Origin: a virus
Taxonomy: Duplodnaviria; Heunggongvirae; Uroviricota; Caudoviricetes
Direction: 5' to 3' (one strand)
IMG/VR virus record: IMGVR_UViG_2526164633_000018
Location: 1 to 13,238 of that record
Length of the DNA stretch: 13,238 nucleotides
Shown in pieces: positions 12,987 to 13,238 of this stretch. Position numbers and translations under genes: made by a program. Numbering within the stretch: the first letter of the stretch is position 1; every line of letters begins with the position of its first letter. Under the pieces are notes generated by a model. The model did not search any database. It was not told the origin of the DNA and saw nothing but the letters and a program-made list of their open reading frames with translations.

Positions 12987-13238
12987 ATGACTCAAAACTA
13001 TGAACTGATTGTGAAAGGGATCCGCAATTTTGAGAATAAAGTTACGGTAACTTTAGCGTTACGGGACAAAAAACGCTTTGACGGTGAAATTTTTGACCTG
13101 GACATCTCGCTGGACCGTGTTGAAGGTGCCGCGCTGGAGTTTTATGAGGCAGCAGCCAGAAGGAGCATCAGACAGGTCTTCCTGGATGTTGCTGCTGGGT
13201 TATGTGAAGAGGATGAGCTGTTGCCGGAAAAGTGCCCC
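12987..13238 (+). CDS. Hypothetical lysis-region protein, 3'-truncated at the window end
   Basis: ATG 12987 follows SD ggagag. Open to the end of the window (84 codons, MTQNYELIVKGIRNFENK…). Not a recognisable lysozyme N-terminus. Confidence 0.55.
   Translation, partial: MTQNYELIVKGIRNFENKVTVTLALRDKKRFDGEIFDLDISLDRVEGAALEFYEAAARRSIRQVFLDVAAGLCEEDELLPEKCP

Noticed and set aside
1-13238. CRISPR arrays, IS elements or transposases, integrase or att sites
   Set aside because: No repeat-spacer periodicity, no terminal inverted repeats with a transposase-like ORF, and no tyrosine-recombinase-like ORF. The only large repeats are the two paralogous gene cassettes.

Overview
This 13.2 kb window reads as a mosaic lambdoid (E. 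coli/Shigella-type) prophage segment running from the replication module to the start of the lysis cassette, with every credible gene on the + strand. Order: a 5'-truncated early gene; an O-like replication initiator with an embedded iteron array (putative origin); a DnaC-like helicase loader; several small winged-helix-like ORFs; two diverged ~840 bp paralogous three-gene cassettes flanking a unique zinc-ribbon gene; a DUF551-type protein; two micro-ORFs; a hok/sok-type toxin locus; a DUF968-type protein; RusA; a lambda-type Q antiterminator with a PR'-like promoter and tR'-like terminator; a decayed TerB-like moron; a NanS-p-type sialate O-acetylesterase; a class-I holin; and a 3'-truncated gene. 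No tRNA, CRISPR, IS element, integrase or stx genes were found. All calls rest on reading the translations and motifs by eye and on recalled family features, with no database search run. The most notable points are frame disruptions in several genes (initiator/loader junction, two cassette genes, TerB-like gene) and the uncharacterised duplicated cassette.
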